Source: an uncultured virus (IMG/VR IMGVR_UViG_3300045051_001511) (Duplodnaviria; Heunggongvirae; Uroviricota; Caudoviricetes). Taken from it: DNA of 64,000 nucleotides. Positions within the stretch are counted from its first letter, which is position 1, and the number at the start of each line of letters is the position of its first letter. Positions 53,099 to 62,654 of the stretch are shown here, in pieces. Where the stretch lies: IMG/VR virus record IMGVR_UViG_3300045051_001511; one strand, 5' to 3'. Made by a program: the position numbers and the translations under genes. Under the pieces are notes generated by a model. That model made no database searches. It worked only from the letters and a program-made list of their open reading frames with translations, and had not been told where the DNA came from.

Positions 53099-53626
53099 GT
53101 GAAGGCAAAGACTTTCGAGCTCGAACGCGGCGAGTACGCCGTAGTTGCAGAGTATTCGAACTTCAACGACGCCGCGGAATCGGAGGAGCTCACCACGATC
53201 CGGACCCATGAGCGTCCTCGCCCGCGGATGTATACGGATATCGCGACCCTCGCACTCCGCGCGCGGGAATACTACGGTCTCGGCGAACTCCCCCTCCGAG
53301 TAATCAAGCTGGCATTTTCCGAAAACGACGATGGCCGATTCTGCCGCCTCACCCTCGAGGACCAGACCAACTACATGCGGATCATGCCGACCAGGCTAAA
53401 TCGGAAGCCCGATACGAAGCCCGGGGACGACGAGCCGGACCCGGAGAGCAAGAAGAATATCCTCCTTGCGGCCGTCGACCTGGTCGAGAACCGGATCTCC
53501 GAGTATCTCGCTGGCGACAGAGAGCAGCCCGATCTTCCGGTTCATGAAGAGCCCGAAGTAAAGCAAGGCGGCTTGTTCGGAGTGCTCGGCAAAGGCAGAA
53601 AGCAGCGCGCCTCGGCGACCACCTAG
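53099..53626 (+). CDS. Hypothetical phage protein
   Basis: RBS GGAGG, GTG start. Confidence 0.6.
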   Translation: MKAKTFELERGEYAVVAEYSNFNDAAESEELTTIRTHERPRPRMYTDIATLALRAREYYGLGELPLRVIKLAFSENDDGRFCRLTLEDQTNYMRIMPTRLNRKPDTKPGDDEPDPESKKNILLAAVDLVENRISEYLAGDREQPDLPVHEEPEVKQGGLFGVLGKGRKQRASATT

Positions 53627-53776
53627 GCCTCCCCCATACAAACGGCCCGCGCTTGACGGCATCAAGCAACTCAGCCTGAGAGCATTCGGGAAGTCGGTAC
53701 GGTGTTTCGGCCCGGCCGGCGAAAGAAGGAAGAGAGGTGATCCGATCTCGCGGCCCGGCGCGTAATCCGGGTTCAT

Positions 53777-53883
53777 CGGGGCGAGATAGCAGGTGGGATT
53801 GCTTCCTCTACACCTGCGGCGAAGAAGAGGCCCTAGGCTTCCCACTTCGAGGCATCGCGTGGGTCCGACTCCCACCGCTCCGT
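53777..53883 (+). ncRNA. tRNA-mimic structured RNA, copy B
   Basis: Acceptor CGGGGCG/CGCTCCG, T arm GTGGG-TCCGACT-CCCAC; homolog of 3811..3917. Confidence 0.72.
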
Positions 53884-53890
53884 TTTTCGT

Positions 53891-53978
53891 AGACGACAGC
53901 ATCCGCCCTTGGGCTCCTTGGGCGAGTGTGCAAAGGCCTTTCGGACTGGAAGCTGCCTTCGCCGTCGAGGAGAAAAGA
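53891..53978 (+). promoter_or_regulatory. Conserved structured leader, copy B
   Basis: Homolog of 4186..4273. Confidence 0.6.
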
Positions 53979-54239
53979 ATGCTTTATGAAGTCGAGGTTC
54001 GTTGCCGGGTCTACGTCTCCGCGGAATTCGGAGGGCGGGATGCGGTCCAAAAACTCGTTCGCTCGCATGTCGTGAGTGAGGATTGGTTGCTCCAGGTGCA
54101 CGAGGGCACGGCGATGGGTCCAGGCAAGTTCCTTATTAAAGGCTTGTCAGCGGAAATCGGCGAGGCCCGGTTTTTTAAAGGAAATGGAGCGGTCGCCCCG
54201 CTCGAGCCTGCAGAAATGGAAGAGGAGATTTTGTATTGA
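53979..54239 (+). CDS. Hypothetical phage protein
   Basis: Paralog of 4274..4543. Confidence 0.75.
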   Translation: MLYEVEVRCRVYVSAEFGGRDAVQKLVRSHVVSEDWLLQVHEGTAMGPGKFLIKGLSAEIGEARFFKGNGAVAPLEPAEMEEEILY

Positions 54240-54520
54240 AGCGAGGGAAGAAACCTATCCCCGTCTGGATCGACGGGAAACGCTATGACTCGACAGCCCT
54301 CGCAAGAGCGAAGCTCGGCGTAACCTCGGCCTGTTATCGAGAATTCCAGGCAGCGCTTCGAGGCGTCTGCTTGTTTGACGGCCACGAGATTTCTTGTTCT
54401 CCTCCAACGCTCGCACATGCTCGTGCGTTTTCAGCTCCAAAGGGGAGAGAAAGCGAGCAGCCTCTGCTGAGTGAACTCTGCACGCACCGCATCGGTGTCT
54501 ATCACGGGGAGCGAGTGTGA
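54236..54520 (+). CDS. NUMOD1-like small DNA-binding protein
   Basis: PVWIDGKRYDS..LARAKLGV. Confidence 0.5.
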   Translation: MKRGKKPIPVWIDGKRYDSTALARAKLGVTSACYREFQAALRGVCLFDGHEISCSPPTLAHARAFSAPKGRESEQPLLSELCTHRIGVYHGERV

Positions 54521-55284
54521 GCCGTCGAAATCCAGTTCGCAATGTCCGCGCCCCTGCAGCGAAGGAATTCGTCAAAGCGCTCGAGGGTCTTGCATATCGT
54601 CGCTCGCGTTGGGAGGCCTTTGCGGACTGGACCATCCTGGCGGCTTCCTCGATCTACAACGGAATCCACCACGACCCGGTGATTGAAGCAGAGTATCTAG
54701 CAGTCGCGAATCGCTACACCGCTGATGAGCTCAGGACCATGGCCATGCTCCTGGCCCTTACAATTGACGGTCTTGAGGTAGAGCTCAGCGATTTCCTCGG
54801 ACAAGTGTACGAAGGAAGCATGCTCGCGAACGAAGGGCATGGCCAATTCTTCACGCCTTTTTCGGTTTCCCAAATGCTTGCGGCTATGACGTTCTCAGGT
54901 GATCTTCCAGCTAATCGCATTATCACGATCAGCGAACCAACGTGCGGCGCCGGCGGCATGGCTGTAGCTATTTGTTCGATCCTTCGCGACCGATCCTTTG
55001 ACTTCCAAAACTACGCCTATATCGAAGCTCAGGACATCGATCCCCTTTGCTTTCGAATGACGTATATCCAGCTATCACTCGTTGGTGCATCGGCGACAGT
55101 AATTCTGGGCGATACGCTCAAGATGGAACGTTCCCGCATTTGGACGACCCCCATGTATTCGATGACACAGATGGGGCCCCGCCTTGCTGCGCAGAACGGC
55201 CGCAATGAAGCATGGGATCCTCAGCCCCAAGTTCACGAACAGGTAGCAGGACCTCAACTTGAACTCTTTGGAGTATCCGCATAA
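54517..55284 (+). CDS. N6-adenine methyltransferase-like protein (short form)
   Basis: GQFFTP, EPTCGAGGM, QDID, GDTL; no NPPY/F seen. Confidence 0.7.
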   Translation: MSRRNPVRNVRAPAAKEFVKALEGLAYRRSRWEAFADWTILAASSIYNGIHHDPVIEAEYLAVANRYTADELRTMAMLLALTIDGLEVELSDFLGQVYEGSMLANEGHGQFFTPFSVSQMLAAMTFSGDLPANRIITISEPTCGAGGMAVAICSILRDRSFDFQNYAYIEAQDIDPLCFRMTYIQLSLVGASATVILGDTLKMERSRIWTTPMYSMTQMGPRLAAQNGRNEAWDPQPQVHEQVAGPQLELFGVSA

Positions 55285-55326
55285 GCGGAATATCGAATAG
55301 CGGCCACGGCCGTGGAGGAGAAGGAC

Positions 55327-55521
55327 ATGGACCAAGAAGCCACGAACAACAGGACCCGGATGAACTTCGCGATGGACGCAAAGGGCTTTGTGAAAATGGA
55401 CCTCACTGTCGAGTACGACACGCCCGAGACGACCGAGGAGCAGGCTAAGAAAGCGATCGACGCCTACAAGCGCATTTGCGATGAGAAGGGTTTGAAACTT
55501 CTCACTCCGACGGCCGCGTAG
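55327..55521 (+). CDS. Hypothetical protein
   Basis: RBS AAGGA; 64 aa. Confidence 0.55.
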   Translation: MDQEATNNRTRMNFAMDAKGFVKMDLTVEYDTPETTEEQAKKAIDAYKRICDEKGLKLLTPTAA

Positions 55522-55587
55522 GGAGCATTGAAGGACGAGGGGTGTCCGGTAGCAAATCGCCTGCTTCCGGGCTCCCCTCCTAGCCCA

Positions 55588-55638
55588 GCCGGGCGGGGGC
55601 GAACATCGTCCCCACGATGCCCGCCCGGCGTTTTTTTT
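55588..55638 (+). terminator. Intrinsic terminator-like hairpin before the recombination genes
   Basis: GCCGGGCGGG/CCCGCCCGGC stem followed by T8. Confidence 0.7.
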
Positions 55639-55652
55639 ACCAGGAGGACAAG

Positions 55653-56900
55653 ATGAATCAAGAGAATCTTCCGGCAGTCATCGAGGCATCCGCAAAAGCT
55701 CAGGGCCTCACCCTGACGAACGTTAATCTGATCATGCCTACCGAAACCTTTGGCGCGGTCCTGGGGCAGTTTGACAAGATCACGATTGAAACCGTCCGCG
55801 TATCCGCGGGCGACCCGCGCGAGACCTACGAGCCCAACGGCGAGGGAAAGGGCTTCGCCCTGACGAAAACCTCTCTCCAGAAAATCGCCTCTGCTCTCTC
55901 GATCCAGTGGCATCCCCAGTACACCGGCATCGTTGAAAGCACGGACAAGCGCAGCCGAGCCAAGGCCGTTGGCATCATGCGCAAGCCGAACGGCGAAACG
56001 ATCACCCAGACCGAAGAGAAGACCATCGACCTCGTTGTTGAGGAAGACGACCTTCGCATCAAAGCCGAAAAGGATTCAGAAGGCGGAAAGATCGTTGGTT
56101 GGGAAAAGAACGGGCAGACCGGCAAGAGCTATCCAAGGAAAGAGCCTTGGGCCAGTGAAGGGCAGCGCAAAGACTGGATCGAGCTCCGCATCAAGGAAGG
56201 ACTCAAGCAGAAAAGGAAGTTCAAAGATGAGCTCGCGGTTACCGGCGCAAAGGACCGCGTCATCCGAGCTTTCCTGGCCCTCAAGTCGACCTATACCTCC
56301 GAAGAGCTCTCCCGCCCCCTCGCCTTCCCCCGGGTAACTATGGACACAGGAAAGATGCTGGACGATCCCAGGATGAGGGATTTCGCAATTGGCATGATTG
56401 GGCAGTCAACCGCCTCGCTCTATGGTGCGCCCGCGCCGGCCGCGGAGATCGTCGAATCCGCTCAGCTTGGCCAAACACCGACCCCCTCTACCGCCCAGGA
56501 CGAGAGCCCCCGCCGCGTTGGTCCTGGCTTCGACGAGGAAGTGCCATCTCCTTCTTTGGGTTCCGCCGGCAAAGATCCTTTCGGTGACGACTTTGGAGAC
56601 CCTGCGCCGGCGAAGGATTCGCGCATCATCGTCATTTCGCAAGCGCTGGCCGATTGGTCGGTATCAGACAATGACGTATCCGGACGGGCCCAGCGGATTT
56701 TGGACAGAGGGGAATCGAACCTCAGGATCCTCGAGGCATCTCTCTCGCTCATCAAGTTCGCCGCCTCGGGATTCCTCCGCGAAAAGGGAATCGGCGCTTG
56801 CTTCGATGCCTTGGACAATCACGGAACCGACCCCATCATCCTCGAGAACGTTGCCACTCAGGCGAAGGCTGCATATGACGCCCGGGGAGGGAAGGCATGA
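55653..56900 (+). CDS. Candidate recombinase/SSAP, homolog of 11442..12695
   Basis: KIASALSI, TGAKDRVIRA; directly upstream of the SbcDC fusion. Confidence 0.55.
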   Translation: MNQENLPAVIEASAKAQGLTLTNVNLIMPTETFGAVLGQFDKITIETVRVSAGDPRETYEPNGEGKGFALTKTSLQKIASALSIQWHPQYTGIVESTDKRSRAKAVGIMRKPNGETITQTEEKTIDLVVEEDDLRIKAEKDSEGGKIVGWEKNGQTGKSYPRKEPWASEGQRKDWIELRIKEGLKQKRKFKDELAVTGAKDRVIRAFLALKSTYTSEELSRPLAFPRVTMDTGKMLDDPRMRDFAIGMIGQSTASLYGAPAPAAEIVESAQLGQTPTPSTAQDESPRRVGPGFDEEVPSPSLGSAGKDPFGDDFGDPAPAKDSRIIVISQALADWSVSDNDVSGRAQRILDRGESNLRILEASLSLIKFAASGFLREKGIGACFDALDNHGTDPIILENVATQAKAAYDARGGKA

Positions 56901-59900
56901 AGCTCCTCCATACCGCCGATTTGCACAAGGACCGGGAGCATTTTGCCGAGCTCGAGGCCTCCCTCGATGTCGTCGAGCGGGAGGCCCACGCCCGAAGCGT
57001 TGACCTAATCGCGATTGCGGGCGATCTCTACAACGGAGCAGAACAGAACTCGGAGCGTGATGCCCATGATCCTTTTATTGCGAGGATCCAGCGCCTCGGA
57101 AATATTGCGCCCGTCGCGATTGTCGGCGGAACGCCTTCCCACGATATCCCTGGAAGCCTGGACATGCTCCAGCGCCTGGCTTGCCAATATGGGATTACCA
57201 TCCTGCAGCCCGGGATCCCGTACTTCCTAGATAGATTCAATGGCTGTATCACAAAAACATATGTAGAGGGGCAGGACCTGGCCCTTCTCTTCGGTGTGCC
57301 GGAGCCACAAAAAAAGTGGCTCCTCGCAAATGGAGGAGCCACCGGAAAGGACGAGGGGGACCTTGCGGTCCGACAGGCAATGCGTGGACTGCTTCTTGGG
57401 CTTGGCGGCATCAGAAAGCAGACCCCCGACCTCCCTTGCATCCTGCTATATCATGGCCAGGTTTCCGGCGCAAGGACCGGAACCGGGTATGAAGCAGGAT
57501 CCGGAATCGCTATTTCGAAGGATGACCTCGCTCTTGTCGGCGCGGACTACATCGCCATGGGCGACATTCACTTCCCGCAACAGATACCTGGGCTGCCTGC
57601 ATTTTATCCGGGTAAAGCCTATGCAGGCGATTGGAAAGAGCAGGGCTATAGATTCGGCTGTAATCTCGCGACCGTCGAGTTCGAGCCCTGCTATAAGGAA
57701 GCAGGAAAAGACAGCAGCCTCTTCGGAACGCCGCAATTCGTGGCGACCGTCGAGCGAGTCGATTTCCCTCACCCTGAGCGCCTCAAGATCGAGAGGAAGC
57801 CCGGCGACGAGATTGCCTATGAGACCCTCCCCCTCGAGGGAAAGCTCGTGTGGGAAGACTGGGCCTTCACCCGCGATGAGGCTGAAGCTTTCGACGTGGC
57901 GACCCAGCTCGAGGGACTGCGATCCTTAGGTGCCTTGGAGGGATCGAAGGTCACGACGCGGATCCTCCCGACTGAAACCGTTCGCGCGGGCGAAATCACC
58001 GAGAAGCGCCGGCTACATGAAAAGGTAGTCGTATGGGCTACTAATTCTGCCATCGAGCTCCCTGAGGGAGTCCTCATCAAGGCAGATGAACTCGAGCGAG
58101 ACGCCCAGGCGTCAGGCGCGGCCGGCGACGGAGCATGGATTCGTATTGACCGCCTCGTCCTTCGTGGGGCCATCGGGATTTCGAAGAAGTCCAAGAAGGA
58201 CGAGATCGACCTCAACCTTGAAATGCTAGGCCCCGGTGTATTCGCCCTCGTCGGCCCGAATGGCACGGGCAAGACTACCATCGTCGAAAACATGCATGGC
58301 TGGGCGAGTCTCCTCACGCGCGACGGCACATTGAAGGATCACTTCCGGTTGCAGGATTCCTTCAGGGACTTGTACTTCACCGACTTGCACACTGGGATCC
58401 GTTATCGCGCCCTCATCAACATCCGGGCCGACATTGCTTCGGGAGCGACCGAGTACTTTCTTTTCGAGGACACTGGCGCCGGATTCAAGGCTTGCCCTGG
58501 CATCACAGGAAGGAAAGAGCCATACGAGGCTGCAATTACGAGGCTATTCGGAAGCCTGGAACTCTTCCTCAAAACGGCCTTCCAGACTCAGCGAACATCG
58601 AAGTACTCGCCCGATCTTGCAGACGCCACCCAGGGGCAGCGCAAGGCCCTTTTCGGAGAGCTTGCCGGCCTCGATTATCTAGAGCGCTATCGGGAAGCTT
58701 GCAAGACCCGTGCTGATGCCCTCGAAGTGGACCTCCGCGCGCTTGAAGCGACTATCGTTGCCGCAGCCGACGTCGACGAGGCTCTGCGCATTGCTAGAGA
58801 AGAGATCGAACTCCAGGAAGCCAACGCCCGAAATCGAAGCACCGACGCCGAGATCTCGCTGGAGAAAGGCCGAGGTCTCCGCTCGGAGCTCGATACCCTC
58901 ACCCTCAAGGTTCAAAACCTCTGGGGCAAAAGACAGCGTTATGCCACGATTAGCCGAAGCCTCGCCGAACTCAATGCCGAAATCTCCGCAGCTGATTCCG
59001 AGATCCGGAAATACCATGAGGCGGCCGCAGGGCAGGAAAGCGCACAGACGGAAATCCGTCGAGTTGACGAGCTTGCATCCGAGGCTGCCAGCCTGATAGC
59101 GGACAAGACAAAGCTCGACGAAGCGGACAAGAAACTCCTCGATGCCTTCTGGATCGCTCTCCGCGAGTATTCCCTGAAAGGAGAGGAGCGGAATGCCGAG
59201 CTAAACCGGGCCAAGGCGAGGCTCTCGACCGCTCGCCAAGCCTCGGCCGTTGCAAGGGCCAAACTCCTTGAACCCGTTGCCGATACCTGTCCTACCTGCG
59301 GTCAGATTCTTCCTGTTGATCGCCTTGAAGCTATCCGACACGCGCATGAAGAAGCCACCGAAAAGATCGGTGCCCTAGATTGTGAAGAGGAAAATGCAGA
59401 GGCCGAAGTCGCCCGCCTAACAATCCTCCTCGAGGAAGAGGCGAAAGCAAAACCGACAAAGCCTGATCCGACGCCCTACCCGGGAGACGCCCGCCTTCAC
59501 GAGATCGAGCGAGCCCTAGAATGGCTCGACAGGGCGGCCGCAGAGGCAACCCTTCAGATCGGCCGTGAAGCAAGTGTCAGGATCGAGGAAGGAGAGAGAA
59601 GGAAAGCGTCCGCGCTGACAAAGAAGCTCCCTCTTGACCGCGAGGCCGAAGAGATACGCCTCGAACTCGAGGCCGAAGAAGGCCCAGCTCTCTCTGCACA
59701 GGAAAACAAAAAGGCCGAACTCCAGGAAGAGCAGGAGAAATACACAACCGCCCGCGGCGCGGCTGAGGCGGCCCAGGCCCGCTCCGCGGCCGCTCGGCAG
59801 GCCTTGGCTGCCGCCGAGAAGCGAGGCATCGCGCGAGACGAAGCGAAGGGAAAGAGGGCCGCTGCCGCCCTCGAGCGAGAGGACTGGCGCCTGCTCGAAC

Positions 59901-60409
59901 GAGCGGTGGGCCCGAATGGAATCCAGGCCCTGGAGCTCGACGCACTCGCCCCCTCGATCATGTCGGTGTCAAACGCCCTCCTCTCCGAAGCCTATGGCTC
60001 GCGCTATCAGCTTGAAGTCAGGACAACACGTATTGCCGGCACTGGCTCACAGAAGAAGCAGGTTGAGGCCTTCGAAATCTTCGTCCTGGACACCGAGTCC
60101 GGAGACGAGCAGGAGATAGCCACCCTTTCCGGCGGCGAAGCGGTATGGATACGCAAAGCCCTCTATGACGGCTTCGCTATCATCCGTGCGCGGAACACCG
60201 GGACCAAGTTCCAGACTGTCTTCCTTGACGAGGCGGACGGCGCCCTAGATCCCGCGGCCCGGATGCTCTACCTCCGAATGCTCGAAGCCGCGCACCGTGC
60301 GAGCGGCCGCTTCCAGACGATCATCATCACCCATTCGACCGAGCTCCAGGCAATGGTCGAGCAAGTCATCGACATAGCGGCCCTAGGCCCGCGAAAGGAT
60401 AAGGCATGA
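56897..60409 (+). CDS. SbcD-SbcC (Mre11-Rad50) fusion
   Basis: HTADLH, GDLY, GTPSHD, GDIH; GPNGTGKT; CPTC; LSGGE, FLDE, ITH. Confidence 0.9.
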   Translation: MKLLHTADLHKDREHFAELEASLDVVEREAHARSVDLIAIAGDLYNGAEQNSERDAHDPFIARIQRLGNIAPVAIVGGTPSHDIPGSLDMLQRLACQYGITILQPGIPYFLDRFNGCITKTYVEGQDLALLFGVPEPQKKWLLANGGATGKDEGDLAVRQAMRGLLLGLGGIRKQTPDLPCILLYHGQVSGARTGTGYEAGSGIAISKDDLALVGADYIAMGDIHFPQQIPGLPAFYPGKAYAGDWKEQGYRFGCNLATVEFEPCYKEAGKDSSLFGTPQFVATVERVDFPHPERLKIERKPGDEIAYETLPLEGKLVWEDWAFTRDEAEAFDVATQLEGLRSLGALEGSKVTTRILPTETVRAGEITEKRRLHEKVVVWATNSAIELPEGVLIKADELERDAQASGAAGDGAWIRIDRLVLRGAIGISKKSKKDEIDLNLEMLGPGVFALVGPNGTGKTTIVENMHGWASLLTRDGTLKDHFRLQDSFRDLYFTDLHTGIRYRALINIRADIASGATEYFLFEDTGAGFKACPGITGRKEPYEAAITRLFGSLELFLKTAFQTQRTSKYSPDLADATQGQRKALFGELAGLDYLERYREACKTRADALEVDLRALEATIVAAADVDEALRIAREEIELQEANARNRSTDAEISLEKGRGLRSELDTLTLKVQNLWGKRQRYATISRSLAELNAEISAADSEIRKYHEAAAGQESAQTEIRRVDELASEAASLIADKTKLDEADKKLLDAFWIALREYSLKGEERNAELNRAKARLSTARQASAVARAKLLEPVADTCPTCGQILPVDRLEAIRHAHEEATEKIGALDCEEENAEAEVARLTILLEEEAKAKPTKPDPTPYPGDARLHEIERALEWLDRAAAEATLQIGREASVRIEEGERRKASALTKKLPLDREAEEIRLELEAEEGPALSAQENKKAELQEEQEKYTTARGAAEAAQARSAAARQALAAAEKRGIARDEAKGKRAAAALEREDWRLLERAVGPNGIQALELDALAPSIMSVSNALLSEAYGSRYQLEVRTTRIAGTGSQKKQVEAFEIFVLDTESGDEQEIATLSGGEAVWIRKALYDGFAIIRARNTGTKFQTVFLDEADGALDPAARMLYLRMLEAAHRASGRFQTIIITHSTELQAMVEQVIDIAALGPRKDKA

Positions 60410-60639
60410 GAAAAGGACAGTCACACGCCATCCAGTCCCGCGAGAAAATCCGGGACTGGAACATTGAGAACCGCGGGAAAGCCGTTCTTTGCCTCGATAC
60501 AGGCAAGGCCTTCGAAACCATCTCGGCCGCCGCAAGGAAGCTCCATGTCGCGCCGGTCCAGATATCCCGAGTCTGCAATGGCGAGCGCCAATCGGTCCGA
60601 GGCCATGCCTATCGCTTCATAGAGGAGGTTCAGCCATGA
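60406..60639 (+). CDS. NUMOD1-type HTH protein
   Basis: VLCLDTGKAFETISAAARKL....ISRVCNG. Confidence 0.7.
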   Translation: MRKGQSHAIQSREKIRDWNIENRGKAVLCLDTGKAFETISAAARKLHVAPVQISRVCNGERQSVRGHAYRFIEEVQP

Positions 60640-60899
60640 AGAAGCCCGAGGATCCGCGAGTAACCTACAAAATCGACGCCGATGAACATCTCGAGCTTTG
60701 GATCTTTGCCACCTATCGTCATGTCGGAGGGCAATACCCGATCAACTCTTTCGCGAAAGAAGCCGCATTCGCCTACATGAAGAAGTACCCCGTACCTGAG
60801 GCCGAAAAGGCGAAGCTTACGGCAAAGTACCGAGAAACCTTCTCCGACTCTCAGGCTGCACAGCCTGAGGGGTCAGGAGAGGCCAGAAGCGACAGCTGA
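60636..60899 (+). CDS. Hypothetical protein
   Basis: RBS GGAGG; coupled start. Confidence 0.55.
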   Translation: MKKPEDPRVTYKIDADEHLELWIFATYRHVGGQYPINSFAKEAAFAYMKKYPVPEAEKAKLTAKYRETFSDSQAAQPEGSGEARSDS

Positions 60900-60947
60900 G
60901 AATCGTTTGGCAGCTGCATTGTCTGGCCGCCCTTGGAGGAGAGCACC

Positions 60948-61790
60948 TTGAAGAACAACATTGGCTTTTTCACAACCGAAATCGAGGCCCTCGATGAGCG
61001 CCGGCATCTCATCCTCCGCGCCTACTACGGCGGCGACAAAGGCTGGGCAATGGAGTCAAGGTTCTACGGCCTCCAATGTCTCCTTGGTCGGGCGGAAGGC
61101 TGCAGACTCGATCTCTCGCAGAAAGGCGAGAAAGCCAGAATTGCCCGCGCGCTCGAGCTCAGCCTTGTTGATCTCGAGGAATTCCTCAACGTTCTCAAGA
61201 CCGAGGCCGAGCTGCTCCAGGAGGAAAACGGAAGGGTCTGGGTCAAAGAAATTGACGAAGATCTCGAGCGAGCGATGGCCGCCAGAGTTGAGGCCTCAAA
61301 CCGTCGAAAAGGCAAGGAAACGCCCGCGTCGGCCGACAATTCAAAAACGTCGGCCGACAAATTGAAAACGTCGGCCGACAAAACCCACGGAGAGGAGGGG
61401 AGAGGAAAGGAGAGGAGTAGAGAAGAGGGGGGAAGGAAGAGCCCCGCCGCCCCTGTGGATAACTTTCCTGAAGACCAAGAACCTGCCCTCTTCGCCTTCG
61501 CCCTGCAACGGATCCTTGCCAGGAAGAAACGACCTGGAGACCCGGATGCTATGGCGAGGAAGATCATGCACGAACCTGACGTCATCGCAGATTTCAACGC
61601 TTCCCGGTCCCCTGCCCCATCGCCGCCCGCAGAGCGACTAGCTCCTGCGCCGGGACCCTGCGATTGCAAGGGCACGATTCGCTGGGAGAACTCGCTCGGG
61701 GAAGGGAAATGCCTCGAATGCGGAGCCTGGTGGCGGTACGACTGGACTTGGGAACTTTGGAAGAAAGACCCAATTCCGCAAACGGGATAA
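60948..61790 (+). CDS. Replication initiator with internal iterons
   Basis: C-terminal PGPCDC...CLECG.WW shared with 19166..20293; repeated SADK/SADN. Confidence 0.7.
   Translation: MKNNIGFFTTEIEALDERRHLILRAYYGGDKGWAMESRFYGLQCLLGRAEGCRLDLSQKGEKARIARALELSLVDLEEFLNVLKTEAELLQEENGRVWVKEIDEDLERAMAARVEASNRRKGKETPASADNSKTSADKLKTSADKTHGEEGRGKERSREEGGRKSPAAPVDNFPEDQEPALFAFALQRILARKKRPGDPDAMARKIMHEPDVIADFNASRSPAPSPPAERLAPAPGPCDCKGTIRWENSLGEGKCLECGAWWRYDWTWELWKKDPIPQTG
61327..61462. repeat. Putative origin: three 21-bp-spaced GTCGGCCGAC iterons, purine tract, DnaA box
   Basis: CGTCGGCCGACAA at 61327, 61348, 61369; TGTGGATAA 61454-61462. Confidence 0.75.
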
Positions 61791-61875
61791 CGATTAGGGG
61801 TTTTTAATTCCATATTTCGTGTGATAGATTCCGAACTGCACGACGAACCCCGGGCATCGCCAGAGATGGCGGAGC

Positions 61876-62009
61876 CCCCTGCCAGTCCCAGGAGCGGGAT
61901 CGTCCGATGCAAGGAGCCCCAGGCGTTGCCTGGTCATCGAGGCCATTTGAAATGGTCCTGATATTTCCTTGCTCGGACGGTCCCGCTCTTGCGCTTTTGG
62001 GACCAGGGG
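61876..62009 (+). promoter_or_regulatory. Long structured leader upstream of terS
   Basis: GGAGCGGGATCGTCCGA-T-GCAAGGA pairs with TCCTTGC-TCGGACGGTCCCGCTCT; outer stems cover the RBS. Confidence 0.55.
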
Positions 62010-62018
62010 AACTGCTCA

Positions 62019-62654
62019 ATGGGTCGGAAGGAATCGAAGAGTCCGGCACAAACGAAAGCCCGGAAAGCGCCTGCAAAGCGAAAAGCCGCGGCCTCGAAAG
62101 ACGTGCCCTCGGATCTTGAGCTAGTCCAAGCTCGAGCCGACTTCGTCCGATTTCTCATTGAGCAAGACTTCCAGGACGCTCGCGGCGCTTATCGCAAGGC
62201 ATACCCAAAAGCGAATCTTTCGACGGCCGGCGTCGAGGCCTGCCGGCTCCTAAAAGATCCCAAAGTCCAGGAAGCTATCGCTGTCGAGCTCAAAGCCGTC
62301 CTTGACGACAAGCGCCTTCCACTCGAAAAGCGGATCCTCGATACATGGGTCGTTCGTGCGTTTTACGATCCCACCGAGATCCTTGACCTCAAGGGAAACC
62401 TCAAGATTACCGAGGCCGCACTTCGAAAGCGGGGCCTCCATGTCTGCATCGACTCGATCAATCGCAAGCTCAACGCTCAAGGCCTCTCCTACCTCGAGTA
62501 CAAGCTCGCGAATAGGGACACCGCGCTCGACATGCTCCAGCGCTATATCGCCATGATCAAGACCCCGGACCAGAAACCTCTCGAGGTCAACCTCTCGATC
62601 GGTCTACCACCAAAACCCTCCGATCTTCCGCCGGAAGGAGGGCAGGATGCGTAG
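62019..62654 (+). CDS. terS: Terminase small subunit
   Basis: AYRKAY...EACRLLKDPKVQ...AFYDP...KL.....AL.ML.R pattern. Confidence 0.8.
   Translation: MGRKESKSPAQTKARKAPAKRKAAASKDVPSDLELVQARADFVRFLIEQDFQDARGAYRKAYPKANLSTAGVEACRLLKDPKVQEAIAVELKAVLDDKRLPLEKRILDTWVVRAFYDPTEILDLKGNLKITEAALRKRGLHVCIDSINRKLNAQGLSYLEYKLANRDTALDMLQRYIAMIKTPDQKPLEVNLSIGLPPKPSDLPPEGGQDA

Noticed and set aside
53777..53883. Amber suppressor tRNA and stop-codon recoding (CTA at arm tip)
   Set aside because: Loop is not a canonical anticodon loop, copy A has CTG, and genes in both phages are intact under the standard code with TAG used as a normal stop.
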